64,000 bases of DNA from a virus (taxonomy: Duplodnaviria; Heunggongvirae; Uroviricota; Caudoviricetes), in the IMG/VR virus record IMGVR_UViG_3300042256_000013, positions 288,001-352,000 of that record. The stretch is one strand, 5' to 3'. The translations under genes were made by a program, and so were the position numbers. The notes below the pieces were generated by a model. That model did not search any database. It worked only from the letters and a program-made list of their open reading frames with translations, and was not told where the DNA came from. Shown one piece after another: positions 29,391 through 38,148 of the stretch (positions within the stretch are counted from its first letter, which is position 1; the number at the start of each line of letters is the position of its first letter).

Positions 29391-29948
29391 TTAGACTCCT
29401 TTAGCTTGAAATCCGTATGTTTTGCTTAGTATTTCAAGAATTATTGTTGGCATTTCTTCGTGAGTATATTCACGCATATCGATGAATGGAATATTCATCT
29501 CTTCGAGATTTTTCACAAAGATTGCATCAAGCTCTTTAGCTTCTTCTAAAGTCTGAGATCGACCGTACTGATCATATTCAGGCTTACGAGGAAGTAAGAA
29601 TACAATATTATCGTACTGCTGATATAATTCGAATGCAATTTCAGTACTGATATTATCATAATCATCATAGAATTCATTGTACATGATACCATTCAGTAAT
29701 GAAGCATCAGATACAACAAAATCCACCTTTCCATTTAAACGGAATAGGCGGTGATTCTGTTGAGCAGTAATAAGAACCTGATCTTGCATTGCCATTTTAT
29801 TTTCATCATAAACATAGTCTTTGATTACTTCAGTAACAATTTCAACTTTCTGTTTAGATTTAAGTTTAAGTGCTGCAAATAGGCCAGCAGCAGTTGTTGA
29901 TTTACCACAACATGGTCCACCAACAAGATTAATAACAACTGTATTCAT
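29391..29948 (-). CDS. P-loop kinase, NadR/AAA_28-like
   Basis: GGPCCGKSTT, TEVIKDY, VVSDASL, YDQYGRSQT. Confidence 0.75.
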   Translation of the reverse strand: MNTVVINLVGGPCCGKSTTAAGLFAALKLKSKQKVEIVTEVIKDYVYDENKMAMQDQVLITAQQNHRLFRLNGKVDFVVSDASLLNGIMYNEFYDDYDNISTEIAFELYQQYDNIVFLLPRKPEYDQYGRSQTLEEAKELDAIFVKNLEEMNIPFIDMREYTHEEMPTIILEILSKTYGFQAKGV

Positions 29949-30229
29949 TTTAAGCCTCCATGTAACCCAATGAATCGTCTGTACCACATTAATAGTGGCC
30001 CATTAAAATCTTCATTATATTTTGAACTTCTTAATTTATTATGTATAGAAATTTTAAATTTGAAGTTTTGTACCGTTGAATATGTATTTTCTTCTTTATC
30101 TAATAGAATAAGTTCAAATAACAGTTTAACGGTTTTCAAATACATTTCTGATTCTCCACCTAATTCGAATATTGCAATAATATCATCTAAACATTCACGA
30201 GGTGTTTTCATATTACTTACGCCAATCAT
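29945..30229 (-). CDS. Hypothetical protein
   Basis: Packed ORF. Confidence 0.55.
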   Translation of the reverse strand: MIGVSNMKTPRECLDDIIAIFELGGESEMYLKTVKLLFELILLDKEENTYSTVQNFKFKISIHNKLRSSKYNEDFNGPLLMWYRRFIGLHGGLK

Positions 30230-30407
30230 TTTTAGATGCTTCGTAGTTTTTTACCCATTCATCTATTGCTTCAAGAAATGGAATAACTTCTTCTTCCATT
30301 TGACGATTTAGTTTTTTACGTTCTTCTGCACGGTGGCGAGATAAACAATCATTAATCAGTTTATCAGTAGTTTCTTCATCCAGTACGATAAGATTTTGGT
30401 TACTCAT
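30213..30407 (-). CDS. Hypothetical protein
   Basis: ORF with GGAG RBS. Confidence 0.6.
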   Translation of the reverse strand: MSNQNLIVLDEETTDKLINDCLSRHRAEERKKLNRQMEEEVIPFLEAIDEWVKNYEASKNDWRK

Positions 30408-30424
30408 TTTGTTCTCCGAAGATT

Positions 30425-31045
30425 TTATTGGGTTCGTGCTGCTACTTTTGCTGGATAATAAATGTATTGATATTCAGACATACGCTTAGTCCAACATTCC
30501 CTGCAATTATTTCCACCAGTGTAAGACCGTGGAGGTAAATGATTTACCCTGCAAGTGTCACAAAACATTTGCTCACGTTCTAATTTTTCTAAAGAATAAA
30601 TGTTACCAACTTCAGTAATAACAGAACGGTCAACATTTAGGTCAGTTGCTAATGCCCTATTGGTAAATTGAGGATAATAAATCATGATATGACGAATTTG
30701 TTCAAGTGTCAGTACTGATGTAATTCGATTCCATACATTTTCAGACATTGGTTTACCATGTTTACGTACTAAAACTTTACGTAAACTTGATGAAACTTCT
30801 GGAAATGGCTTACGATATACTGCATATTCGTCAATATCATTTAGCATTTGTAGATCTACACCATAATATGATGCAAGAAACTCATTACTTGGAATACGTG
30901 ATTCTACATGAAGGCGAACCAAATTAGTATGTTTAGCAACTAATTCAACTGTTTTCTTACTAATACCCAAGTATTCAGCAATAAAAGTTACAGTTTCGTG
31001 TGGATAACGAGACACAATTTCGTTAAGTTGTTCATTATTGATCAT
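30425..31045 (-). CDS. Putative DNA-binding protein (repeated HTH-like segments + Cys4)
   Basis: IAEYLGISKKTV, LASYYGV, LATDLNVDRSVI; CDTC..CREC. Confidence 0.55.
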   Translation of the reverse strand: MINNEQLNEIVSRYPHETVTFIAEYLGISKKTVELVAKHTNLVRLHVESRIPSNEFLASYYGVDLQMLNDIDEYAVYRKPFPEVSSSLRKVLVRKHGKPMSENVWNRITSVLTLEQIRHIMIYYPQFTNRALATDLNVDRSVITEVGNIYSLEKLEREQMFCDTCRVNHLPPRSYTGGNNCRECWTKRMSEYQYIYYPAKVAARTQ

Positions 31046-31361
31046 AACTAATATCCTTTAGAGCTTTAATTACTACACCAACTTTAGGTGCTTTTTGAAT
31101 AGCTATAAAATTGTAATAATAAGATTTTACATGTTCATTATAGCATGAAGTACACATATTGGTATTCAAAATTAGTTGACTAACCAAGTTTCTATCACAC
31201 TTCCAACATATTCTTGCAACTCGTGGAACAACTTTATTAACTTTATATTTCTTACGTAAGTACCTATATTGCTCAGTACTTAAATTAAATTTCGATTTAA
31301 AGTTCAACCCGTTATAAAATTTAATTATTTTACCGAGATGTTCTTCATTAGGTATATTCAA
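31035..31361 (-). CDS. Basic Cys4 zinc-finger protein
   Basis: CWKC..CTSC; C-terminus resembles the downstream gene. Confidence 0.55.
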   Translation of the reverse strand: MNIPNEEHLGKIIKFYNGLNFKSKFNLSTEQYRYLRKKYKVNKVVPRVARICWKCDRNLVSQLILNTNMCTSCYNEHVKSYYYNFIAIQKAPKVGVVIKALKDISYDQ

Positions 31362-31677
31362 TTTCTTTTACTCCGAATGCCTCTATTGCTTTTTCACATA
31401 TGGGGCATGGTTTAGCTGATAATGGATTTCCATTTCTATCTATTCTGGCAATCAGAAGTTTATGAACTTCTTTTTTAGCTGCAATTAATGCTGCTATTTC
31501 TGCATGAAGGAATATTGATTCTGGTTTCCCTGCCAGTACTGCGAAATGTTTTTGAAGTGGATGAGAGCACTCGTAATCATTAGTTCTAATTGCAAGTACT
31601 CTACCTTTTTTGTCAAGTGCACACGCAATTATTTTATATTTCTTACGTGTGTTTTTCACTTGAGTAGGACGTGGCAT
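31348..31677 (-). CDS. Cytidine/deoxycytidylate deaminase-fold protein
   Basis: LHAEIAAL and KPCPIC Zn motifs; start reassigned to MPRPTQ. Confidence 0.8.
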   Translation of the reverse strand: MPRPTQVKNTRKKYKIIACALDKKGRVLAIRTNDYECSHPLQKHFAVLAGKPESIFLHAEIAALIAAKKEVHKLLIARIDRNGNPLSAKPCPICEKAIEAFGVKEIEYT

Positions 31678-31678
31678 T

Positions 31679-32353
31679 TCATGAAGTATGTGTATCAGCT
31701 TTGTGATCTTCATCCCTGATACCATATTTCTGTACGTCATATCCTAAACGTATGCTTTCCTTTGCATTGTAAATATCTGCATCAACGCAGATGATCTCCA
31801 GTTCAACCTCTGAATGCTGTTCCATTGTTAAACTTGGATCTTGAATTTTCTTTTTAAGTACTGGCAACAATTGTTCCATTTCTTCCAAATCAGCCTGAAG
31901 TTTTTCAATTTCATAATCTGGAAGCATTTTGATTTCACCATCATCCAGAATAGAAGCTTCAACAAATTCATGTGATGCCATCCATTCGTCGAAATTGAAA
32001 CCTTTCATTGCTTCTTTTCGGTGATTATTCTTGTCTTCTTCTGTATAATCACCGTACTTTTGAATAACCAATTGGTATAGATTTTCAACAGCTTCTTCCC
32101 ATGTATCCCCGCCACAATCCAATTCCCAATCATGTGCATGACAATGTTGATTGAATTGTTTATCGAAATGTGGGATCATCAGTTCTGCCCAAAATTGTAA
32201 TTTGGTATTCATGAACTGTAATTTTTCAACACGGTTCGTTTCTGGACACACCATGTGTGGTGTAATTTCAATAATAGCTGCTGATGCAAATGGTACATAT
32301 TTCGGATGCTCGACAATCCAGTAATATTTTTCTGCTATGTTCATTTTTTTCAC
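31679..32353 (-). CDS. Hypothetical protein
   Basis: HDWELDCGGDTWEEA motif. Confidence 0.65.
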   Translation of the reverse strand: MKKMNIAEKYYWIVEHPKYVPFASAAIIEITPHMVCPETNRVEKLQFMNTKLQFWAELMIPHFDKQFNQHCHAHDWELDCGGDTWEEAVENLYQLVIQKYGDYTEEDKNNHRKEAMKGFNFDEWMASHEFVEASILDDGEIKMLPDYEIEKLQADLEEMEQLLPVLKKKIQDPSLTMEQHSEVELEIICVDADIYNAKESIRLGYDVQKYGIRDEDHKADTHTS

Positions 32354-32377
32354 CTTAATTTAAGTGTCTTACTTAAA

Positions 32378-32496
32378 AGAAATACATCGCCCTGGAAGTT
32401 GGTAGTTCTAACGAGTAGGGATCATCCAGTACTAGCATTGAAGCGTAAACGGTCTTACATCTGGTTTTTGCCAGAAAGCACGGCTTATGTATTTCT
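32378..32496 (-). ncRNA. Candidate structured intergenic RNA element (~120 nt)
   Basis: Closing 10-bp inverted repeat AGAAATACAT/ATGTATTTCT, GCC/GGC, internal CTGGA/TCCAG and CTGG/CCAG stems; no minus-strand ORF. Confidence 0.4.
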
Positions 32497-32502
32497 CAAT
32501 TC

Positions 32503-32772
32503 TTACTTACGTTCTTTGATAGAATCAATAATAATTGATCCAATATCAATAACCATTAACAATAAAAATGCGATGTTAAGTACTGGTACGAAACCAGACA
32601 ACATCAGTATTTTGTATCGTTTAGGTGAACGAGAACTGTACATAGGAACATGTACAAAATTACCCGTTTTGGAATCATACTCTTTAATATACTTTTCTTT
32701 TTTGTCAAAGATAAAAAGAAATATATTGAAAGCAATTCCTATTAGTACTGATAAAATCAGAAATGTAGTCAT
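32503..32772 (-). CDS. Small membrane protein
   Basis: Two hydrophobic segments. Confidence 0.6.
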   Translation of the reverse strand: MTTFLILSVLIGIAFNIFLFIFDKKEKYIKEYDSKTGNFVHVPMYSSRSPKRYKILMLSGFVPVLNIAFLLLMVIDIGSIIIDSIKERK

Positions 32773-32773
32773 A

Positions 32774-34066
32774 TTAACGCCTTAAGTTTTTAACTACGAC
32801 GAAAGCATTGCGACCACGCTGAAGGACAAAATGTTTTGAATCAATAATGTCCACATCTTCAGTGAAGACGTTCTCTTTAGTATCGTAGAATTCGTTTACC
32901 TTGCGACCATTAATTTTGATCGCACCATTATTGATGAACTCACGTGCCATCTTACGAGAATCAGCTAATCCTGAATCTACCAGCAATGCTACTAAATCAA
33001 GAGTACTGGTTTGTTCTTGTACTTTAAATCCACTGCTAATCATCATATCAACAGCTTCATCATTCAGTTCCACATTCTTACCAAAGAAGAAATCCGATAA
33101 TGCACGAGCAGTCGAAGCTGCAACTGAATCATGAACAAGTTCAGTCATAGCATATGCTAACTGTAACTTAACGATATTTGGATCACCGTTAGTCATTTCA
33201 TTCACAATGTTCTCTACACTAAATGAGAATGGTTTGAAGTACTGGTACAGTTTAGGTACTTCAGTATCTTCAATATTACGCCAGAACTGGAAGAAATGGT
33301 ACGGCGTAGTACGTTGACCAGTCATCCAGATAGTACCAGATTCTGATTTACCAAATTTAGTACCATCAGCTTTAGTAACAAGCGGAAGAGTGATAACACC
33401 ACATTCAGCATCATTACCATGAAGCTTATGGATTAAATCTGTACCAGCAATCATATTACCCCACTGGTCTGAACCACCGATTTGAATCTTACAATTCATT
33501 TCAGTATACAGATATTCGAAATCCATTCCTTGAAGAATTGGGTATGCGAATTCAGTAAATGAAATACCTTGATCTGGTCGTTCAATACGAGAACGTACCG
33601 ACTCTTTATTGATCATGTTATTCACGGTGAATGCTTTACCGTAATCACGAAGGAACGAAAGCATATTAATGTCACGCATCCAATCGAAGTTGTTTACGAT
33701 TTCAACATCTTCACCTAAAATAGAAGTGATAACAGTACTAATACCAGCAACGTTACGACTGATCGTATCCCAATCCATCATAGAACGTTCTTCGGATTTG
33801 AAACTCGGATCACCAATGGAACCCGTAGCACCGCCAACCAGGGCAATAACTTTCACGCCGTGTTTCTTGAACACTTTCATTACTGATAGTGGAAGTAAAC
33901 TGCCAATATGTAATGAATCAGCAGTTGGATCAAAGCCACAATACACTGCTGAACCTTCGTCCAGTAATTTTGACAGTACTGTAATATCAGTACTTTGATT
34001 AATCAAACCGCGATCTTGTAACTCTACCAATGCCGAATGCATGTTATTCACCTTTATCTTGTTCAA
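32774..34066 (-). CDS. tyrS: Tyrosyl-tRNA synthetase (start may be MHSALV, 34042)
   Basis: YCGFDPTADSLHIGS, IGDPS, QIGGSDQWGN, KFGKS, C-terminal S4 domain. Confidence 0.97.
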   Translation of the reverse strand: MNKIKVNNMHSALVELQDRGLINQSTDITVLSKLLDEGSAVYCGFDPTADSLHIGSLLPLSVMKVFKKHGVKVIALVGGATGSIGDPSFKSEERSMMDWDTISRNVAGISTVITSILGEDVEIVNNFDWMRDINMLSFLRDYGKAFTVNNMINKESVRSRIERPDQGISFTEFAYPILQGMDFEYLYTEMNCKIQIGGSDQWGNMIAGTDLIHKLHGNDAECGVITLPLVTKADGTKFGKSESGTIWMTGQRTTPYHFFQFWRNIEDTEVPKLYQYFKPFSFSVENIVNEMTNGDPNIVKLQLAYAMTELVHDSVAASTARALSDFFFGKNVELNDEAVDMMISSGFKVQEQTSTLDLVALLVDSGLADSRKMAREFINNGAIKINGRKVNEFYDTKENVFTEDVDIIDSKHFVLQRGRNAFVVVKNLRR

Positions 34067-34328
34067 TTACACCTAGAATACAATCTTCTGGCATAATTAG
34101 AATATTTTCATTATCAATCTTTTCAGAATGAACTCGTTTATCACCTTCAGCGTAGGTAACAATGTCTCCAACTTTCACATCAGAAAGAAAACTTGGGCCA
34201 ACAGCTATTACTTCAGCATGTGTTGAATCTTCTTCTTGATTTGCAGTTAAGATAATTCCACCTGCACTTTTAGCTTCGTATACATATTTCTTTGCAATGA
34301 TATGATTATATACTGGTCTAATATTCAT
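34044..34328 (-). CDS. groES: Co-chaperonin GroES-like
   Basis: MNIRPVYN, SAGGIIL mobile loop, AEVIAVGP, VKVGD, EDCILGVI. Confidence 0.9.
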   Translation of the reverse strand: MNIRPVYNHIIAKKYVYEAKSAGGIILTANQEEDSTHAEVIAVGPSFLSDVKVGDIVTYAEGDKRVHSEKIDNENILIMPEDCILGVIEQDKGE

Positions 34329-34942
34329 TATTTTTCCTCGATGGTACGAAACTCTACTGTAAGTCCAGCCGCTTCAGCAGCTTTAATACCGTATTCCATA
34401 CCTTTACTAATTCCGTGGTCGATATATACCACTGAACCTTGTGCAACTTCCTTCCATGCTAGACCTGCATCAATACCCAATTGACGTTCTTCTGGAATAG
34501 TATCATCCAAAATTCCATCTTGTGTATAAAGCAAATGACTAGCAATTGGTGCTTCACCTAGAGAAAGAGAATGCCGTACACATTTACGTGCGTATTCAAT
34601 ATTTTCTTCTATAGTGTATTCATCTGAAGCAGCAAATGGTGATTCGAGAATGACCAATTTATGTTCAATATCAGAGTTTTGAACTGCGTTAAGTCTATCA
34701 TATTGCTCGATGAATTGCAAGGCCACTGCTGCAACTTGTACAAGTTCTTCACGTGCAGTACCCTCATGTGACCCGCCAAATTCATCATGAAGAATCGCCT
34801 GGCATACTTCACCAAATTCTTCACCTAATATAACTTGCCACAAGAAAGGATGTTGATTGCGGTCAGCACCCCATTTACTATCTTGTTTATTCATTTCTGC
34901 AAGAACGTCCGATAACGCTTTTGTTTTTGCATGGTCTGTCAT
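34328..34942 (-). CDS. MazG-like NTP pyrophosphohydrolase domain fused to a nucleoside-deoxyribosyltransferase/DUF4406-like domain
   Basis: ILGEEFGEV..REELVQVAAVA; LVILESPFA..GEAPIASHLLY..GISKGMEYGI. Confidence 0.7.
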   Translation of the reverse strand: MTDHAKTKALSDVLAEMNKQDSKWGADRNQHPFLWQVILGEEFGEVCQAILHDEFGGSHEGTAREELVQVAAVALQFIEQYDRLNAVQNSDIEHKLVILESPFAASDEYTIEENIEYARKCVRHSLSLGEAPIASHLLYTQDGILDDTIPEERQLGIDAGLAWKEVAQGSVVYIDHGISKGMEYGIKAAEAAGLTVEFRTIEEK

Positions 34943-34963
34943 TTTTTAATCCTTAATTGACCA

Positions 34964-35845
34964 TTACTGGTCGTTTAGTGTTTCTTTCCATTTGTTCAGT
35001 TTTTTGCTCATATAAGACAAGAACAAGTACTGAATTTCTTCTGCTGTATTATCTGGATGTTGTAATGCGAACATATCCATCGCACAAATTGCCAGATCAA
35101 CAGCTTCACCAGCAACACCATCTGAACCAGCATCTTTATAAGACAAACCATCTGCGATATTGTCTTCTAGTGCCATTTCACCTAATTCTTCCATGCATTT
35201 CTTGAATACATAGTTATTGGTACGAGTATCATCAGTACCTTTAGAACCCAATTCTACTGAAAGATTAAACATTTCATTAAGACCAGATTCCAGTACTGCA
35301 TTAATATTTCGTTTATCACTAAAATTAACTACTTGTGTTGTACAATCTGCTGGTAACTTTGATGTTTCACCTGCACGACCTTGAATTATTTTCATGGTAG
35401 CTATACGATAATAATGAGTGTATGCATCCTGTTCTTCATTCGTCAGCAATGCTACCAATGGTTCAATTTCACTATCATTAAACATATTCAGTACTGAATA
35501 AATTTGATGACCAGTTTTCAAAAATTGTTCTTCACCAGCTACACCTTCATTATACCAATCTACAAGATTAGCAAATTCAGCAACTTGCTCACCAAGTACT
35601 GAAGCTTTGAATATTTCAATTGAAGATTGTACACTGATTGAAATAACATCAGCTAGTACTAATAGATTAGAGTTTACCATGTCTCCAATAACAGATGCCG
35701 GACATGTACAGTAAGGTGTTCGAGTATTATTCTCATGATTATATTGAGTACTAATAACTTCCCCTGGTTCAATGTGCATCAGAATTTTACGTGCTTCAAT
35801 AATAGATTCGGTGTTCATCATTTTTCCTAAAAGAAAAGGGAGCAT
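34964..35845 (-). CDS. Hypothetical protein with C-terminal MazG-like domain (start probably MMNTES)
   Basis: KCMEELGEMA..GEAVDLAICAMD..KLNKW. Confidence 0.65.
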   Translation of the reverse strand: MLPFLLGKMMNTESIIEARKILMHIEPGEVISTQYNHENNTRTPYCTCPASVIGDMVNSNLLVLADVISISVQSSIEIFKASVLGEQVAEFANLVDWYNEGVAGEEQFLKTGHQIYSVLNMFNDSEIEPLVALLTNEEQDAYTHYYRIATMKIIQGRAGETSKLPADCTTQVVNFSDKRNINAVLESGLNEMFNLSVELGSKGTDDTRTNNYVFKKCMEELGEMALEDNIADGLSYKDAGSDGVAGEAVDLAICAMDMFALQHPDNTAEEIQYLFLSYMSKKLNKWKETLNDQ

Positions 35846-36390
35846 TAGCTCCCTTTGTGTTGACGTTTACGTTTAGTACAATCTTTCCAAGAAAGACTGC
35901 GGCGAGCCATAATATCATCCCAAGGATTCGGTAGATTCCTGCGACGACCACGAAATTCTGGTTCACCTTCTTCTTTAACTACTGCTGCTACCGCACGGCG
36001 TTCAGCAATGGTTTCCATTTTACGGTCGTAAGTAGTAGTATGACTTTTACGCCATTGACGGTTTCTCCAATAACGATGGTACGCATCAATGTATTTCTGA
36101 TGTGCATGATTATTTGTTGATTGGTATTCATGCTTGAACAACTCTGGTGAAACCATTACATTGTTCTTTGTGTACAAATAAAACATTTCGCAGAAAAATT
36201 TGTTATCCCATTTATTGTAATAACCGTATTTCCAAAAAGGTTCTTTCTCGTATTTGGTTAACCACTTCATGCGATAATAAAAAACATCAGGTGATTCTTT
36301 GTATATACTACTAAGCCATCCAATGAGATCATCAGTTTCTACTACATTACCATTATCGAAGAAGATTTTAAAAGTTTGATCAAAGAACAT
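35845..36390 (-). CDS. Conserved phage protein with basic C-terminus
   Basis: RGRRRNLPNPWDD..SWKDCTKRKRQH; AAGGAGG RBS. Confidence 0.7.
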   Translation of the reverse strand: MFFDQTFKIFFDNGNVVETDDLIGWLSSIYKESPDVFYYRMKWLTKYEKEPFWKYGYYNKWDNKFFCEMFYLYTKNNVMVSPELFKHEYQSTNNHAHQKYIDAYHRYWRNRQWRKSHTTTYDRKMETIAERRAVAAVVKEEGEPEFRGRRRNLPNPWDDIMARRSLSWKDCTKRKRQHKGS

Positions 36391-36415
36391 ATGTCCTCCT
36401 TATTATGAGTTAAAT

Positions 36416-36457
36416 TCACAATCGGAATGACATACGCCCTTTATTAAATTGTTTCAT
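36416..36457 (-). CDS. Putative leader peptide (uORF) MKQFNKGRMSFRL
   Basis: AAGGA RBS; its 3' end pairs with the RBS of the downstream gene. Confidence 0.4.
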   Translation of the reverse strand: MKQFNKGRMSFRL

Positions 36458-36591
36458 TTGTGTTCCTTAGCTAATATAAGCCCAATACCCGAAACCCACA
36501 ATAGCTCCGAGAGTGATAAGACATAACAGAATCCAACGACCTGCTGCACCCATACATAACAGTTCTACGATCATTTCGATCAATGCGAATA

Positions 36592-36843
36592 CTAACTCAC
36601 CCATTTGATGATGCTCCAGATAACAGGGAATGCTCCACCGTAATACATCAGTACTAGACCAACAATTACGCCCATAGCTCCATAATCAATTTCTACAAGG
36701 TGTAGTAAATGACTAGTTGGTTTAGATTTTATAACATCAATTAAGCCGCCAATAAACATCGCTATTCCAAATATAGAAATAACAAAATGAAAAATCATTG
36801 GCCCAATTTGAACTAAATCTGATAACATTTTTTCAGGTGTCAT
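36592..36843 (-). CDS. Small membrane protein
   Basis: Two TM segments. Confidence 0.6.
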   Translation of the reverse strand: MTPEKMLSDLVQIGPMIFHFVISIFGIAMFIGGLIDVIKSKPTSHLLHLVEIDYGAMGVIVGLVLMYYGGAFPVIWSIIKWVS

Positions 36844-37049
36844 GTAACTACCTGAATAAAATTAATAATTGCAGCCCAAATAACAAGTAAACCAGCTAAA
36901 CTCATCCCTCCAAATATTAGAGCGGGTTTGCATTCATGTTTACCAGTTGCTGACCATACAAATAGGTACAACCCTAATCCTAATGCAACTAATGCCGATC
37001 CAAATGTTAAAAACAAAAGGAACAATATTACTACAAATACCGTCATCAT
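36840..37049 (-). CDS. Small membrane protein
   Basis: Two TM segments. Confidence 0.6.
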   Translation of the reverse strand: MMTVFVVILFLLFLTFGSALVALGLGLYLFVWSATGKHECKPALIFGGMSLAGLLVIWAAIINFIQVVT

Positions 37050-37744
37050 GAGTTCACCTCTTTAGGGAATAAGATACGAAATCCAGTCATTACTGAATTG
37101 TGTGTTGCTTTGGCATAGTTTAACACAACCTGACAACGTTCGTCAAGTGTTCCAGTACTGTTTTTATACAATTCATACACTTGAGCATGAATTTCATTTA
37201 AGTACGCAATATCTTGCTCTTTAGTAGTAGAACATTCTGGATGATATTTCCACTTAGCATAATATGGGAACTTGAAAGCATGACAAATATTTTTCAATCC
37301 AAGTAATTCATCATAATCTTCTTCTACAGTAAGTTTCTTTTTACCTTTATCAAATGCTTTAGAAGCAATTGAACTGATACATGAACGTACTTCATGTGGT
37401 AATTTATCGCTGAATGCAGAATCAATATCTTTCTGAATAGCTGCATTACTGATACACATAAAGTACTTTGGTTGCATAGACCGTAATTCACCTTGAAATG
37501 ATTTACGATGCATTATTTCTACGTTAACTAGAAGATCGACAAATCCCAAATAGAAAGTTTTATGACGTTTCTCTGGAGGTTCGTCATCAATTACCAATGT
37601 AACATCAATATCATTAGGTTGAACATCGAAACCATGAAACTGTTCAACATAAGAACCATATATGATAATATTCTTATAACCTAATTCTGTAAAGTACTCG
37701 TGAATTTTATCCAGTACTAACTGTTGTTCAGGGGTGATATTCAT
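37046..37744 (-). CDS. Pol-beta-fold nucleotidyltransferase-like protein
   Basis: IIIYGSYV...PNDIDV (GS..DxD); start reassigned to MNITPE. Confidence 0.6.
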   Translation of the reverse strand: MNITPEQQLVLDKIHEYFTELGYKNIIIYGSYVEQFHGFDVQPNDIDVTLVIDDEPPEKRHKTFYLGFVDLLVNVEIMHRKSFQGELRSMQPKYFMCISNAAIQKDIDSAFSDKLPHEVRSCISSIASKAFDKGKKKLTVEEDYDELLGLKNICHAFKFPYYAKWKYHPECSTTKEQDIAYLNEIHAQVYELYKNSTGTLDERCQVVLNYAKATHNSVMTGFRILFPKEVNS

Positions 37745-37758
37745 TTTCTTTATCCAAT

Positions 37759-37783
37759 AAAAAAAGGCCACATTGCATGGCCT
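37759..37783 (-). terminator. Intrinsic terminator
   Basis: AGGCCAT-loop-GTGGCCT plus T tract. Confidence 0.65.
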
Positions 37784-37900
37784 ATAAAGAATGTAATAAA
37801 ACAACATGGAGTCAAAATATTATTATTGTTATGTAACTATTTATGTTGTTTATCATTCTACAGGCCAGAAATGGAGAACCATTTTGCTGTTTAATATCTG

Positions 37901-37916
37901 CATTATAGCACAAAAA
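37901..37916 (-). promoter_or_regulatory. Extended -10 promoter
   Basis: TTTTTGTGCTATAATG, identical to 9398-9413. Confidence 0.65.
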
Positions 37917-37917
37917 A

Positions 37918-38100
37918 TCAGGGCGTTCCATATATTTTTGTGAGATTTTCAGCAAGAGTTTTCATCTCTGTTTCAGTACCGTAAGCAATAGATTTACTGT
38001 ACTTAAAGAACCATAAACTTCTCACTTTCATACAATGATAAAAGATTATATCCGAATCACCAACTTGTGGATCAGCTTTAGCGTAGAATGATGTTTTCAT
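37918..38100 (-). CDS. Hypothetical protein
   Basis: Short ORF. Confidence 0.5.
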   Translation of the reverse strand: MKTSFYAKADPQVGDSDIIFYHCMKVRSLWFFKYSKSIAYGTETEMKTLAENLTKIYGTP

Positions 38101-38115
38101 TTTATTCAGTCCATT

Positions 38116-38141
38116 AAAAAAGGGGATACATAGTATCCCCT
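38116..38141 (-). terminator. Intrinsic terminator after phoH
   Basis: AGGGGATAC-loop-GTATCCCCT plus T tract. Confidence 0.75.
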
Positions 38142-38148
38142 AAAGTTG

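Noticed and set aside
32378-32496. Hammerhead ribozyme or tRNA interpretation of the structured spacer
   Set aside because: It has CTGGATGA rather than the CTGATGA core, no correctly placed GAAA, and no T-loop/anticodon cloverleaf; kept only as an unclassified structure
36454-36604. Small membrane ORF that reads best as MGELVFALIEMIVEL joined to MYGAAGRWILL.. in another frame
   Set aside because: It could be a 1-nt deletion, a sequencing error or either single-frame peptide; there is no slippery site and it cannot be resolved from sequence alone
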